Source: an uncultured Arcobacteraceae bacterium (GTDB taxonomy: Bacteria; Campylobacterota; Campylobacteria; Campylobacterales; Arcobacteraceae). From it: DNA of 64,000 nucleotides. The DNA lies in contig CAXHZO010000004.1 of the NCBI GenBank assembly GCA_964022095.1, positions 1 to 64,000 on the forward strand, in the 5' to 3' direction. Below the pieces are notes generated by a model. That model had not been told where the DNA came from. It did not search any database and worked only from the letters and a program-made list of their open reading frames with translations. Shown piece after piece: positions 17,159 to 28,210 of this stretch; position 1 is the first letter of the stretch; the number at the start of each line of letters is the position of its first letter. The position numbers were made by a program, and so were the translations under genes.

Positions 17159-19026
17159 TATTTTTTCCCTAAAGTATTTAAATGTAAATGAATAATATCA
17201 ACAGCAGCTGGAGTGATACCCGATATTTCACTTGCATTGAATAGTGTAGGTGGCTTAAACTTTTCAAGCTTTTCGATTGCTTCATTTGAAAGACCAGAAA
17301 TTCCTTTGAAATTAAAGTTTTCAGGTATTTTCATTTTAAGCATTTTTTTCATTTTTTCAATTTGTTTTTGTTGTTTTTGAATATATCTATAATATTTTGC
17401 TTCGATTAAAACTTGCTCTTTTAGGTAATCATCAAGTTGCGCAAAACTTGGAACTAATTTATCAAACTTTTCTTTTGTAACTGTATTTCTACCAACTACA
17501 TCGATTAATAAAGCTCTATCTTTGATTTTATCTTCGCCTAACTCTTCTAATAATTCTAGGTTTTCTTTTTTTGAAGTAAACCATTCATTTGACATAAACT
17601 CAACTGCATCTGCTAAAACTTTACTTTTGTTTTCAACTTTTGCAAAAGTTTCATCATCAATTAGTCCAAACTCATGACCGTAAGCTGTTAATCTCATATC
17701 GGCATTTTCTTCTCTTAAAAGAAGTCTATATTCTGCTCTTGAAGTAAACATTCTATATGGTTCATTAGTTCCTTTTGTAACTAAATCATCAATTAAAACT
17801 CCAATATATGCTTCATCTCGTCTTAGTACAAATGGTTCTTTCCCATCAATTGCTAAACATGCATTGATACTTGCCATAAGTCCTTGAGATGCTGCTTCTT
17901 CATAACCAGTAGTTGCGTTGATTTGTCCTGCGTTATAAAGGTTTTTAACCTTTTTAGTTTCTAATGTATGTTTTAATTCTGTTGGGTCAACATAGTCATA
18001 CTCAATGGCATATCCATATCTAATGATTTTTGCGTTTTCTAATCCAACAATAGAGTGAATCATTTGCTTTTGAACATCAATTGGTAATGAAGTTGATAAA
18101 CCATTTATATAGTATTCTGTACACATTGCTGTTTGTGGCTCTAAAAACAATTGGTGTCTATCTCGTTCTGCAAATCTATTTACTTTATCTTCAATACTTG
18201 GACAATATCTAGGACCTAGACCCTCAATTTGACCTGTAAATAGTGGTGCTCTAAAGAAGTTTGATCTAATAATCTCATGTGTTTTTTCACTAGTGTATGT
18301 GATATAACAAGGGTATTGAGTAGGACTAAAGTTTGACTTATCAGTTCTAAATGAAAATGGTGCAGGCTTTGGATCTCCTCCGTGCATATCCATAACAGAA
18401 AAGTCAATACTATCTCCATCAAGTCTTGCAGGAGTTCCAGTTTTTAATCTTCCAACTCTAAGACCAAGCTCTTTTAACTGAGTAGATAAAGTACTTGATG
18501 GTAATTCCCAAGCTCTTCCAGCTTCATATTGACTCTCTCCAATATGAACTAAACCTTTCATAAAAGTACCAGTTGTAATAATCACTTTTTTAGCTTCAAA
18601 CTCTTCACCAAGTTTTGTTTTAACTCCGTGAACTTCATTTTCGTTTTTAACAAGTAAACTTGATACTTCATCTTGATATACTTCAAGATTAGGAGTATTA
18701 TGACAAACTTTTCTCATATAAGTTCTATACTCATCCATATCGATTTGAGCACGACTTCCTTGAACAGCTGCTCCTTTTGAAGCATTTAATATTCTAAACT
18801 GAATACCAGTTGCATCAGTACAAAGACCCATTTCTCCACCAATAGCATCAAGTTCTCTTACTAAGTGCCCTTTTGCAAGTCCACCAACAGCAGGATTACA
18901 AGAAGCTGCACCTATTTGTTCAACTAACATAGTAATTAGTAGAGTCTTTTTACCCATTCTAGCTGCTGCTAGGGATGCTTCAATACCAGCATGTCCCCCA
19001 CCAACAACGATTACATCATATTCCAT
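17158..19026 (-). CDS. mnmG: tRNA uridine-5-carboxymethylaminomethyl modification enzyme MnmG/GidA
   Basis: [39 protein letters not shown] and [12 protein letters not shown]. Confidence 0.99.
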   Translation of the reverse strand: MEYDVIVVGGGHAGIEASLAAARMGKKTLLITMLVEQIGAASCNPAVGGLAKGHLVRELDAIGGEMGLCTDATGIQFRILNASKGAAVQGSRAQIDMDEYRTYMRKVCHNTPNLEVYQDEVSSLLVKNENEVHGVKTKLGEEFEAKKVIITTGTFMKGLVHIGESQYEAGRAWELPSSTLSTQLKELGLRVGRLKTGTPARLDGDSIDFSVMDMHGGDPKPAPFSFRTDKSNFSPTQYPCYITYTSEKTHEIIRSNFFRAPLFTGQIEGLGPRYCPSIEDKVNRFAERDRHQLFLEPQTAMCTEYYINGLSTSLPIDVQKQMIHSIVGLENAKIIRYGYAIEYDYVDPTELKHTLETKKVKNLYNAGQINATTGYEEAASQGLMASINACLAIDGKEPFVLRRDEAYIGVLIDDLVTKGTNEPYRMFTSRAEYRLLLREENADMRLTAYGHEFGLIDDETFAKVENKSKVLADAVEFMSNEWFTSKKENLELLEELGEDKIKDRALLIDVVGRNTVTKEKFDKLVPSFAQLDDYLKEQVLIEAKYYRYIQKQQKQIEKMKKMLKMKIPENFNFKGISGLSNEAIEKLEKFKPPTLFNASEISGITPAAVDIIHLHLNTLGKK

Positions 19027-19052
19027 GAATTTCCTTTTAAAGTTTCAAATGG

Positions 19053-19096
19053 AAATTTCTTAGATAAATGTTTTCTTCCACTTATCTAAGAAATTT
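19053..19096. promoter_or_regulatory. 15-bp perfect inverted repeat in the mnmG leader / mnmG-ribC divergent region
   Basis: AAATTTCTTAGATAA (19053-19067) and TTATCTAAGAAATTT (19082-19096). Confidence 0.55.
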
Positions 19097-19170
19097 TCTT
19101 TAAGAGCCTAAAATTAGCTTCTTAACATTTTTTGGCTATTATACCTAAAATTTAGAAAAAGGTTTTTTAA

Positions 19171-19791
19171 GTGTTTACTGGACTTATAAGAGAAATGGCA
19201 AAAGTTGTTAGTTTTCAAAACAATTACATGACATTAAAAGCTAAATACCAACCAAAAATTGGAGATTCGATTGCTATAAATGGAGCTTGTTTAACTGTTG
19301 TTAGAATCGCTACAGGGACATTTACAGTTGAGCTTTCACCTGAATCTCAAAGTATATTAGCAATGGAAAATTATAAAGATGAAGTACATATAGAACCTGC
19401 TATGATGATGGGTGATAGATTTGAAGGTCATATTGTTCAAGGACATGTTGACTGTTTAGGAACTATCACTAACATAAAAAAAAGTGGTAACTCAACAGAT
19501 TTTTTTATATGCTTACCAAGTGAATATTTAAAATATATTATTCCAAAGGGTAGTGTGACTATAGATGGTGTTTCATTAACTGTTAATGAAGTTTTAAAAG
19601 ATAGTTTTAGGCTTACTATCATTCCCCATACAATTGATAATACACTATTTAAAAGATATAAAGTAGGAACAAAAGTGAATCTTGAAACAGATATGTTTGC
19701 ACGATATGTTTACAATATGTTCAAAGGTCAAAATGAGAAAACAAGTGATTTATCTTGGAGTGATGTAGACAATATTATGGCTAGGTATTAA
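19171..19791 (+). CDS. ribC: Riboflavin synthase (alpha chain)
   Basis: MFTGLI, GDSIAINGACLTV, GHIVQGHVD and KGSVTIDGVSLTVN; GTG start. Confidence 0.97.
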   Translation: MFTGLIREMAKVVSFQNNYMTLKAKYQPKIGDSIAINGACLTVVRIATGTFTVELSPESQSILAMENYKDEVHIEPAMMMGDRFEGHIVQGHVDCLGTITNIKKSGNSTDFFICLPSEYLKYIIPKGSVTIDGVSLTVNEVLKDSFRLTIIPHTIDNTLFKRYKVGTKVNLETDMFARYVYNMFKGQNEKTSDLSWSDVDNIMARY

Positions 19792-19798
19792 GTTTAAA

Positions 19799-20578
19799 TT
19801 ACTTTTTATTGGTTTTCGCATCTAAGTGCTCATAAGTATAAAAATACTTTTTTTCAAGTACATTTGCATAAGGTCTTAAAGTAGCTATTTTCATATCAGG
19901 TAGCGTTGTTATCTCAGTAATTCTACCTACTTTTAGTCCCTCAAAAAAGATATTGTCCATTCCTGAAGTTATAACTTCATCACCTTTTTTTATCTCGCTC
20001 CAAATTGGTATAAACTTTATTAGCATACTTTTTCCATCTTTTGAAGAAGTGATGATTCCTGGGACTTTATTTTTACCTATGAAAACTGCATATGAACACT
20101 CTTTATTCCCATTTAACAATGCTATTGCTCTATCATCTTTCTTTACAACTATACCTGCTGCATAGTTTTCAGTGATAAGTCCTAATATTTTTTCATCATC
20201 TTTTTTTTGATCAAGCCAAACTTTTGTAAAATCGTTGAAGTTTATATATGATAGAACTTTTACAAGTTCGATTTTTGGACGAAGCTCTGATGGATCTAGC
20301 CCTATGATAAGTTCTTTTAGTGTATCAAGTTGCTTTTGAGTTGATGTATATAAAATCTTATACTCTTTTAACTCTTTATTCTCATTTTTTAAGTACTCAA
20401 TTGTAGTTGCTTGATTAAAATACTTTTCTACTGTTGTTGATAGATGTATTACTTTATCTATATATGAAAGTTTTAAGTCATTAAAAAAAGAGAATTTTTT
20501 CGCAATAAGCTTATCTACTTCAAATAAGTAAAGTAAGCCTATTGCTATAAAAATAATTAAAAATATCAGTTTACGCAT
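19799..20578 (-). CDS. mreC: Rod shape-determining protein MreC
   Basis: N-terminal TM, coiled coil LKNENKELK, GDEVITSGMDNIF; follows mreB. Confidence 0.92.
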   Translation of the reverse strand: MRKLIFLIIFIAIGLLYLFEVDKLIAKKFSFFNDLKLSYIDKVIHLSTTVEKYFNQATTIEYLKNENKELKEYKILYTSTQKQLDTLKELIIGLDPSELRPKIELVKVLSYINFNDFTKVWLDQKKDDEKILGLITENYAAGIVVKKDDRAIALLNGNKECSYAVFIGKNKVPGIITSSKDGKSMLIKFIPIWSEIKKGDEVITSGMDNIFFEGLKVGRITEITTLPDMKIATLRPYANVLEKKYFYTYEHLDAKTNKK

Positions 20579-21602
20579 TAGTGATTAGTTTAAGTAAATC
20601 TTCCTCGTCTAATACAGCACTAGTACCATAAGCAACAGATAATAGTGGCTCTTCCGCAATTTTTACAGGAAGTTTAATAATATCAGCTAAATATTCATCT
20701 AATCCTCTAATTAGTGCTCCACCACCTGTTACAATTACACCATTATCAACAATATCACTTGCTAAATCTGGAGGCATATTTTCAAGTACTGCTTTAATAG
20801 CACTAACGATTTCTTTTAATGGTTCTTTAATTGCAGTTCTAACACCTTCGCTTCCTAATTCAATAGTCGAAAGTAATCCAGAGTTATCTCTACCTTTTAC
20901 TTTGATTTTTAATTCAGTATCAAGTTTAATTGCAGTTCCGATTTCTATTTTAATATTCTCAGCAGTTCTTTCACCAATGTATAAATTATAGTTTTGTCTA
21001 ACATATTCAATAATCGATTTATCGAATCTATCACCTGCAACTTTAATAGATCTACATAATACAAGACCGCCAAGTGAAGTTACACCAATCTCAGTAGTAC
21101 CCCCACCAATATCAACTACAACATATCCAGAAGGATCAGATACAGGAACTCCCGCTCCAATTGCTGCTGCCATTGGCTCTTCTACTAAATAAACATCTCT
21201 TGCTCCTGCACTCATAGCAGATTCTTCTACAGCTTTCTTCTCAACTTGAGTAATCCCATAAGGAATACAAATGATAATTCTAGGTCTAATAAATGACTTT
21301 CTTGAATGAGCTTTTTCTATAAAGTATCTAATCATTCTTTCTGTCATTTCAAAGTCAGCAATAACACCATCTTGCATTGGTCTAACTGCTTGAATATTTA
21401 ATGGTGTTTTACCAATCATCTGTTTTGCTTCTTGACCGACAGCTAAGATTTTATCTTTGCCATATTTGTCTTTTTGAACTGCAACAACTGAAGGTTCATT
21501 GATAATAATACCTTTACCTTTTACTGAAACAATAGTATTTGCTGTACCTAAATCTATTGCCATATCGTTAGAAAATAGACCTACTAACTTATCTAATATC
21601 AC
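20571..21602 (-). CDS. mreB: Rod shape-determining protein MreB
   Basis: IDLGTANT, EPMAAAIGAG, VDIGGGTTE and TGGGAL. Confidence 0.99.
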   Translation of the reverse strand: MILDKLVGLFSNDMAIDLGTANTIVSVKGKGIIINEPSVVAVQKDKYGKDKILAVGQEAKQMIGKTPLNIQAVRPMQDGVIADFEMTERMIRYFIEKAHSRKSFIRPRIIICIPYGITQVEKKAVEESAMSAGARDVYLVEEPMAAAIGAGVPVSDPSGYVVVDIGGGTTEIGVTSLGGLVLCRSIKVAGDRFDKSIIEYVRQNYNLYIGERTAENIKIEIGTAIKLDTELKIKVKGRDNSGLLSTIELGSEGVRTAIKEPLKEIVSAIKAVLENMPPDLASDIVDNGVIVTGGGALIRGLDEYLADIIKLPVKIAEEPLLSVAYGTSAVLDEEDLLKLITNA

Positions 21603-21617
21603 TTTGTCTTCCTTTTT

Positions 21618-22838
21618 TTAAGCTACTTTTGGTTCTTGTTCTTTTAAAACAACTTCTTTTGTAATAGTTATTGTCTTATTTCTATAATTTGGAAGATCAA
21701 ACATAATATTTAACATAATATCTTCTAAAATAGATCTAAGACCTCTAGCTCCTGTTTTTCTTTCAATAGCTAATTTTGCTAACTCTTTAAGTGCATCTTT
21801 TTCGAATTCTAAATTAACTTCATCCATAGCAAAAAGTTTGATATATTGTTTGATTAAAGCATTTTTAGGCTCAGTTAAAATATGAACCATATCATCTTCT
21901 GTTATTTCATTTAAAGTTGCAGTCATATGAAGTCTACCAATAAGTTCAGGTATTAAGCCATATTTTATTAAGTCGTCTGTCTCAACTTTTGAGATAATTT
22001 TGTCATGATCACTTTTAGATTTCTTATCTTGATTAAATCCAAGTACATTTGCACCTTGTTTTTTCTTAATAATATCTTCTAATCCATCAAATGCTCCACC
22101 ACAAACAAATAAGATATTTGTAGTATCAACTTGAAGTGCATCTTGTCCAGGGTGCTTTCTTCCACCTTTTGGTGGAACATTTACAACACTTCCTTCAACA
22201 ATTTTTAAAAGTGCTTGCTGTACTCCTTCACCTGATACATCTCTTGTAATAGATCTATTTTCACTCATTCTAGCTACTTTATCAACTTCATCAATAAAGA
22301 TAATTCCTCTTTGAGCTTTTTCTATATCTCCATTTGCTGCTTGTACTAATCTTGTAACAACATTTTCAACATCATCACCCACATATCCAGCTTCTGTTAA
22401 AGAAGTCGCATCTGCAATTGCTAATGGAATATCAAGATATTTAGAAATAGTTTGAGCAAGTAAAGTTTTACCTGAACCAGTTGGCCCAATAAGTAAAACA
22501 TTTGATTTATTTAACTCTGTATCATCATCTATTTCATTGTGTCTAAAAATTCTTTTATAGTGATTATAAACTGCAACTGATAAAACTTTTTTAGCAGTAT
22601 CTTGTCCAATTACATACTCATCTAAAATATCTTTTAACTCTTTAGGTGATTTTAATTGTATCTCTTCTTTTTCTTGTGTTGTTGTATTTTCTTGTTGTGT
22701 TTCTTCTGGCTCATTTCCATTCATAATATCATGGGCTGCTCCAATACAAGCTTTACAAATGCATGCATTGTCTCCTGAAATTACTGGGTTATCAACTGAG
22801 TCTGTAGCTCCACAAAAATCACATATTATTTTACTCAT
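21618..22838 (-). CDS. clpX: ATP-dependent Clp protease ATP-binding subunit ClpX (start reassigned to ATG at 22838)
   Basis: Zn finger [24 protein letters not shown] and [10 protein letters not shown]. The ORF-track start lies inside lpxA. Confidence 0.97.
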   Translation of the reverse strand: MSKIICDFCGATDSVDNPVISGDNACICKACIGAAHDIMNGNEPEETQQENTTTQEKEEIQLKSPKELKDILDEYVIGQDTAKKVLSVAVYNHYKRIFRHNEIDDDTELNKSNVLLIGPTGSGKTLLAQTISKYLDIPLAIADATSLTEAGYVGDDVENVVTRLVQAANGDIEKAQRGIIFIDEVDKVARMSENRSITRDVSGEGVQQALLKIVEGSVVNVPPKGGRKHPGQDALQVDTTNILFVCGGAFDGLEDIIKKKQGANVLGFNQDKKSKSDHDKIISKVETDDLIKYGLIPELIGRLHMTATLNEITEDDMVHILTEPKNALIKQYIKLFAMDEVNLEFEKDALKELAKLAIERKTGARGLRSILEDIMLNIMFDLPNYRNKTITITKEVVLKEQEPKVA

Positions 22839-22842
22839 TTTT

Positions 22843-23625
22843 CTACTTTCTATTAAATGGAATTCCACGTTGTGTATCAGCAACAAATTGTGCTAAATGT
22901 AAAACGTGTTCATTTTTACTGTTTTGTAATATCTCTGTTGCACTTTCTTGTAAAGGATTACCTGAACTAAATAGTTCTTTATATGCATTTTTAATTGCAT
23001 TAATATCTTCTCTATTTTCAAATCTTCTTCTTAATCCGTTTAGGTTAAGTCCTCTTAAAACTGCTTTATTTCCTTCTGCCAAACAGTATGGTGGAATATC
23101 TTGAACAACAACAGAACCTCCACCAATCATAACATGACTACCAATTTTACAGAATTGATGAATAGGAGTTAATCCTCCAACAACTACATAATCCCCACAC
23201 TCAACATGACCTGCAAGTGTTGCAACATTAGCAAATACACAGTTGTTTCCAACTATTACATCATGGGCAACATGAACATATCCCATAAATAAGTTGTTAG
23301 AACCAATGATAGTTTTACTTCCACCACCTTGAGTTCCTGGATTAAATAGTGTGTATTCTCTGATTTTATTATTGTCACCAATAATTAGTTCAACATCTTC
23401 ACCCTCAAACTTTAAATCTTGGGGAGCAGTACCGATACTTGCATGAGAAAAGATATGATTACCTTTTCCAATAGTTGTTTTGCCATCAATTAGTGTGTGC
23501 GAATCAATAACTGTTCCATCACCGATTTTAACGTCTTTCCCAATAATAGTATATGCTCCAATTGTGATATTATCACCTAGTTGTGCACCATCTTCTATTA
23601 TTGCTGTTTTGTGAATGTTATTCAT
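22843..23625 (-). CDS. lpxA: UDP-N-acetylglucosamine O-acyltransferase
   Basis: Hexapeptide repeats, PQDLKF, HVAHD and IHQF. Confidence 0.97.
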   Translation of the reverse strand: MNNIHKTAIIEDGAQLGDNITIGAYTIIGKDVKIGDGTVIDSHTLIDGKTTIGKGNHIFSHASIGTAPQDLKFEGEDVELIIGDNNKIREYTLFNPGTQGGGSKTIIGSNNLFMGYVHVAHDVIVGNNCVFANVATLAGHVECGDYVVVGGLTPIHQFCKIGSHVMIGGGSVVVQDIPPYCLAEGNKAVLRGLNLNGLRRRFENREDINAIKNAYKELFSSGNPLQESATEILQNSKNEHVLHLAQFVADTQRGIPFNRK

Positions 23626-23637
23626 ACTTTACCTAAA

Positions 23638-24081
23638 TTATTTATCGACGATCATAGCTTTTAGTTCAGCTTCTGCAACAAGTGCATCATCAACATAAGC
23701 TTTACCATCAAGTACTATTAACGTTCCTCTTAATTTTTTAACTTCGATTCTATACTCTAATTTATCACCTGGTTTAACAGGATTTCTAAATTTTGCTTTA
23801 TCAATACTCATGAAATAGATTACTTTATTTGCAATCTCTTCTTTTGATAAATCATTGCTTTTTAGTGCTAAAACTCCACCAGCTTGTGCCATACCTTCTA
23901 AAATTAAAACACCTGGATAAATTGGGTGTCCTGGGAAGTGACCCATAAAAGCAGGTTCACTAATTGATATATTTTTATAACCAACAATAGATTTTCCTTT
24001 ATCCATATCAGTTATTCTATCAACTAATAAGAATGGGTATCTATGTGGAAGTATTTCTTGAATCTCGTTTACATCTAACAT
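23638..24081 (-). CDS. fabZ: 3-hydroxyacyl-ACP dehydratase
   Basis: [12 protein letters not shown] and [20 protein letters not shown]. Confidence 0.98.
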   Translation of the reverse strand: MLDVNEIQEILPHRYPFLLVDRITDMDKGKSIVGYKNISISEPAFMGHFPGHPIYPGVLILEGMAQAGGVLALKSNDLSKEEIANKVIYFMSIDKAKFRNPVKPGDKLEYRIEVKKLRGTLIVLDGKAYVDDALVAEAELKAMIVDK

Positions 24082-24133
24082 TTATTATCCTATAAATTTT
24101 TCTAAAATGGTAAATATTATAGCTAAATAAAAG

Positions 24134-25177
24134 TTAGTTTTTTATTATCTTTGCAACGTTTTTTGAACTTCCGTTTTTTAAGTATTCTCTTAAAAGTTTT
24201 GAATCGTTAAAAAACTTATTTTTATCTATGTTTTCATAGTCACTTAATAGGTTTTGCACTGTAACATTTTCTTGTAGAAATTCACTATGAATTTGATTTT
24301 TCCCCATCTTTTCAAAAAAGATATTTGCAAGTCCAACAAAGTTTAGTTTTACAAACATACTTCCTAAAAAATAATCAAACTTTTTAGCTATATAACTTAG
24401 TGTAAAAGGTGTTCCAATTAGTGCTGCTTCAAGTGTAGCAGTACCAGAACAAATAAAAGCATACTCACTTTCTTGTAGAGTTTTATGAGCAGATTTGGAG
24501 ATAGTAAAACCTGAGATATCACCATAAATTTTTTTGATATATTTATCATCAAATTTTTCGGGAATGATTAAAATATGCTCTTTATTTGGAATTCTTGAAG
24601 CTAATTCTTTAAATATAGGCATATGATTTTTAATCTCAGTTTTTCTACTTCCAGGCATAAAAGCGATTTTATTTGAGCTTGTTAATTCTTCTTTAAAATG
24701 ATGAATTTCATCAAGTAGTGGATGTCCCACATAAGTGATTTTTTCTTTATCATTATATATTTCACTTTCAAAAGGAATGATAGAGCAAAGCTTAGTACAA
24801 TAAGCTTCTAGCTTTTTAACTCTCCCTTTCTTCCAAGCCCAAGCTTGAGGCAAGATATAGTAAATAATCTCTTTATTTGGATATTTTTCTTTTAGCTTTT
24901 TTGCAAGTGGCAAGTTAAATCCTGAGCTATCCATTAATAAGACTTTATCACAATCAGCAGCAAGTTCTACTAGTTCATCTCTTAGTTTAAAAAAGAATCT
25001 AAGTTTCTTTAGTGCATCAACAAATCCCATAATAGCAAGTGCAGTTAAATCATAAAGTGGAGTTCCTAATTCTTTATCAAAAACTCCAACTAATTGTATA
25101 TCACCATCAAGATGTTTTTTAAGCTCTTTTAGGTGAATATTTGATGATGTTTCTAAGGCACTTACTAATATTTTCAT
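24134..25177 (-). CDS. lpxB: Lipid-A-disaccharide synthase
   Basis: PQAWAWK, YVGHPL, MPGSRKTEI and SGTATLEAA. Confidence 0.96.
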   Translation of the reverse strand: MKILVSALETSSNIHLKELKKHLDGDIQLVGVFDKELGTPLYDLTALAIMGFVDALKKLRFFFKLRDELVELAADCDKVLLMDSSGFNLPLAKKLKEKYPNKEIIYYILPQAWAWKKGRVKKLEAYCTKLCSIIPFESEIYNDKEKITYVGHPLLDEIHHFKEELTSSNKIAFMPGSRKTEIKNHMPIFKELASRIPNKEHILIIPEKFDDKYIKKIYGDISGFTISKSAHKTLQESEYAFICSGTATLEAALIGTPFTLSYIAKKFDYFLGSMFVKLNFVGLANIFFEKMGKNQIHSEFLQENVTVQNLLSDYENIDKNKFFNDSKLLREYLKNGSSKNVAKIIKN

Positions 25178-26247
25178 ATAATTTCTTCTTTCACGTCTTC
25201 GTATGTTTTTCCATCAATTGTTATTTCATATTTTTCATCAATAACTTCATTTAGAACTATTACTGCACTTAAATCAAATGGATTATTTGTAATCTTATTT
25301 CTAATTTCAAGCTCTTCATAAAATTTAGGTGGCATATACATAAGCTCGTTTACATCTTTATATGAAGTATTGGCAATAGTATTAAAAGTGTTAATATCTA
25401 ATACTTTTACTTCATTTCTATTTAGATAGTTTATACCCTCTTTTTCATAATCAATTCTGCCATTCATACTATTTCTTTGAATAGTTGAATAGCATAAAAT
25501 ATATGATGGAATTATTTGTTTTTTTATTTTTACAATACCACTTAAAAGTCTGTAGTTTAAAAATCTTTGTTTAATGATTTTGTACTTTTCTCCACTATCT
25601 TCAAGGGTATTTCTTTTTTTGTAAAGCTCTAATCTCTCTTCGATTGATTCTGGCATTATTTGATTAGAAATAGGATTAAACATCTCATCCATAATCTTTT
25701 TTTGCTGTTCTCTTTGGGCACTAAGACCAAATAAACAACCACAATAATTCTGTCTATAAAGTGAATTTTCTTTTACTTTTTCACCTTGAATTTGACCACC
25801 ACTTCCACTTCTATAATCTCTAAAGATAAACTCAACACCAGTGTTTTCTTGAAGGTAACCACCAATTTTCTCTAGCTTGTCTTGAGATTTTTTAGGAGAG
25901 ATTAGTAGAGTTGAAGTAAACTTATCATGACCTAACTCTTGGGCTTTTTTAACAGTTGTTTCAAGTCTATCATCATAACAAACTGTACATCTATCACCTT
26001 TTTCTGGAAGATGCTCCATACCTTTTACTTTTTTTAACCACTCTTCTAGATTATAAGCTCCTTCAATAAGCTTAATACCTAACTTTTTACATGAGTATTC
26101 TACGTCTAAGTATCTAAGTCTATATTCACTATATGGATGAATATTAGGGTCATAAAAATAACCTACTAATTCTTCATTTGGATATTCTTCTTGTATTCTT
26201 TCTAAAAAATAGTGACTATCGACTGCGCAACAAATATGTACTAACAA
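25174..26247 (-). CDS. queH: Epoxyqueuosine reductase QueH (DUF208) with C-terminal extension; likely TTG start at 26247
   Basis: LVHICCAVD, YDPNIHPYSEY, RCTVCYDDRL and LYRQNYCGCLF. Confidence 0.9.
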   Translation of the reverse strand: MLVHICCAVDSHYFLERIQEEYPNEELVGYFYDPNIHPYSEYRLRYLDVEYSCKKLGIKLIEGAYNLEEWLKKVKGMEHLPEKGDRCTVCYDDRLETTVKKAQELGHDKFTSTLLISPKKSQDKLEKIGGYLQENTGVEFIFRDYRSGSGGQIQGEKVKENSLYRQNYCGCLFGLSAQREQQKKIMDEMFNPISNQIMPESIEERLELYKKRNTLEDSGEKYKIIKQRFLNYRLLSGIVKIKKQIIPSYILCYSTIQRNSMNGRIDYEKEGINYLNRNEVKVLDINTFNTIANTSYKDVNELMYMPPKFYEELEIRNKITNNPFDLSAVIVLNEVIDEKYEITIDGKTYEDVKEEII

Positions 26248-26313
26248 TAAATAACCTTTAATAATATAATTTAGAGATATTATAGTAAAATAAATCAAAA
26301 CAAAGGATTAGGT

Positions 26314-26697
26314 ATCAAACAATTAACTATTTTATTCTTATCAATATTTTTATTTACAGGTTGTTTTACTACTTCCCCAAGTATTAGTTCTAGTGCTACA
26401 ATCTTATTAAAAACACCAAGTATGAAGTTTTATGATAGAGGGTTTATCTTTAAGTATGACACTTACACACAAGTTCAAATATTTAGTGCAGGTACTGCTG
26501 TATTAGACATGAAAATATACGATAATAGAGTTTGTAGTTCAACTTTTGAATGCCAAGATTTTAAAACATTTAATAAGCAGAATTTACATAGTTCATATAA
26601 TGATAGTTTTATAAAAGATTTATTTGAAAAAAAACAAAAAGAGATTATCCATAGGGATAAAGAGCATGGAATATTAATAAAGATAAAAAGGGATTAG
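26314..26697 (+). CDS. Hypothetical lipoprotein; frame extends upstream of the ATG at 26422 to a signal peptide beginning at ATC 26314
   Basis: In-frame IKQLTILFLSIFLFTGC lipobox; AAGGA at 26303-26307; no ATG/GTG/TTG between the upstream stop (26272) and 26422. Confidence 0.6.
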   Translation: MKQLTILFLSIFLFTGCFTTSPSISSSATILLKTPSMKFYDRGFIFKYDTYTQVQIFSAGTAVLDMKIYDNRVCSSTFECQDFKTFNKQNLHSSYNDSFIKDLFEKKQKEIIHRDKEHGILIKIKRD

Positions 26698-26712
26698 CCT
26701 ATCCCTTTTTTT
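26685..26712. terminator. Bidirectional intrinsic terminator
   Basis: AAAAAGGGAT-TAGCCT-ATCCCTTTTTTT between convergent genes. Confidence 0.75.
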
Positions 26713-26714
26713 AA

Positions 26715-27917
26715 CTACATCTTTTTTAGTTTGTTGTAACCTTTTTTTATCAGCTTAATTAATGGTTTTCTATATGAACTAAATACATATTTTTTAATTT
26801 CATATGCAAGTCTACCTTTTACAGTAATTAATCCCATAATATCACCAGCAGCATATTTACCACCAAGTGCAATTAAAATACCATCTAGTTTTGGTTTACA
26901 AACACCCATAGGTTTACCAGCAATCATTTGAAGTACATTTTTACCAGCAAGTGCTCCACTAATTCTAGCAATAGTTACATTTGGAGGCATGATTTCACCT
27001 TCAGTATTTTTAATCTCAGCTATATCACCAACTGCAAAAATATTTTCATGTTTGTCAGTTTGTAAATATTCATTTACAACAATTTGACCTCTATCATTTT
27101 TAGCTACATCGTCAAGTTCTGATGAAATAGTTGAAGCTTCAACCCCACCAGTAAATACAACAAATGAGTGACTAATTTTAGTACCATTTGATAAATGACA
27201 CCAACCATCTTCAACTTTTTGAAGTTTTGTTCCTGTGATTAGATTAATTCCTAGGGCTTTTAATCTTTTTTGAGAAATATTAATTAAATCTTGTGAAAGT
27301 CCAGGAAGAATAGCTGCTGAACTACTTACTAGAGATATTTTTAAGTTATCACAACTAAAGTTACCTCTTTCAAAGAATTTATTTGAATAGTTTGCCATTT
27401 CTGCTGCTATTTCAACTCCTGATAAACCAGCACCAACAACTACAATATGTGTATCCGCACATTGTCTTGCTTCATCTTTGATTTTTTGGAAAAGTTGAGA
27501 TTCAAAGTGTTGTTTAAAAGTAATGGCTCTATGAAGTTTTTTAATATCATCAGCACTATTTAATCCTGGAATTTGAGGAGGGAAATAAGTTCTTGTTCCT
27601 GCTGCCATAATTAAGTAATCAAATTCTACTATTTCTTCTTCTTCTGTATAGATTTTTTTTGAATCTTGATCTATTTGTCTAACTTTTAAATTTTTGTACT
27701 CTAAATGCTCGTGATTAAATCCTAAACATAATGTTGTTAAGTCAATTGTAACATCTGCAAAGTTTGATTTATTTGCGATTAAATCATAAACTTCTGGTTG
27801 TAAGTTATGATATGTGTGTTTGTCTATCAAAGTGATTTTTATATTTTTATTTTTTACTAATTCTCTTAGGGCATAAATTCCTGCATACCCACCACCAATA
27901 ATTACAACTTTCTGCAT
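26715..27917 (-). CDS. Type II NADH dehydrogenase-like FAD-dependent oxidoreductase
   Basis: VIIGGGYAG, VVVGAGLSGVEIAAE and IFAVGD. Confidence 0.85.
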   Translation of the reverse strand: MQKVVIIGGGYAGIYALRELVKNKNIKITLIDKHTYHNLQPEVYDLIANKSNFADVTIDLTTLCLGFNHEHLEYKNLKVRQIDQDSKKIYTEEEEIVEFDYLIMAAGTRTYFPPQIPGLNSADDIKKLHRAITFKQHFESQLFQKIKDEARQCADTHIVVVGAGLSGVEIAAEMANYSNKFFERGNFSCDNLKISLVSSSAAILPGLSQDLINISQKRLKALGINLITGTKLQKVEDGWCHLSNGTKISHSFVVFTGGVEASTISSELDDVAKNDRGQIVVNEYLQTDKHENIFAVGDIAEIKNTEGEIMPPNVTIARISGALAGKNVLQMIAGKPMGVCKPKLDGILIALGGKYAAGDIMGLITVKGRLAYEIKKYVFSSYRKPLIKLIKKGYNKLKKM

Positions 27918-28136
27918 ATTAGAGATACCTTTTTTTTATGTTTTTCTTAATTTAGCTTTTTTATTAATTTTTTGTATCTTTTTCTTCAAGATTTTAAATC
28001 AATAAAACAACCAACTGTGTAATAATACTTAAATTTTATAGCCTAGATGTAGCGACTAGTCAAATAACTTCTGAAATTTTATACTTAGCCATTTTAGGAT
28101 AAGATAAAAATCTTAAATACTTAAGACTTAATTTCA

Positions 28137-28159
28137 ATAGTGTATATATATTACACTAT
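28137..28159. promoter_or_regulatory. Inverted repeat upstream of nfo
   Basis: ATAGTGTA-TATATAT-TACACTAT. Confidence 0.4.
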
Positions 28160-28210
28160 ATTAAGATTAAAATAACTTAAAATAATAAATTATATGTATA
28201 GGAATTTAAT

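Noticed and set aside
22839-22886. N-terminal extension of ClpX in the ORF track
   Set aside because: It overlaps the lpxA 3' end; the ATG at 22838 gives a normal zinc-finger N-terminus.
26248-26298. N-terminal extension of QueH in the ORF track
   Set aside because: TTG at 26247 has AAGG upstream and gives the typical MLVHICC start; the extension covers promoter-like sequence.
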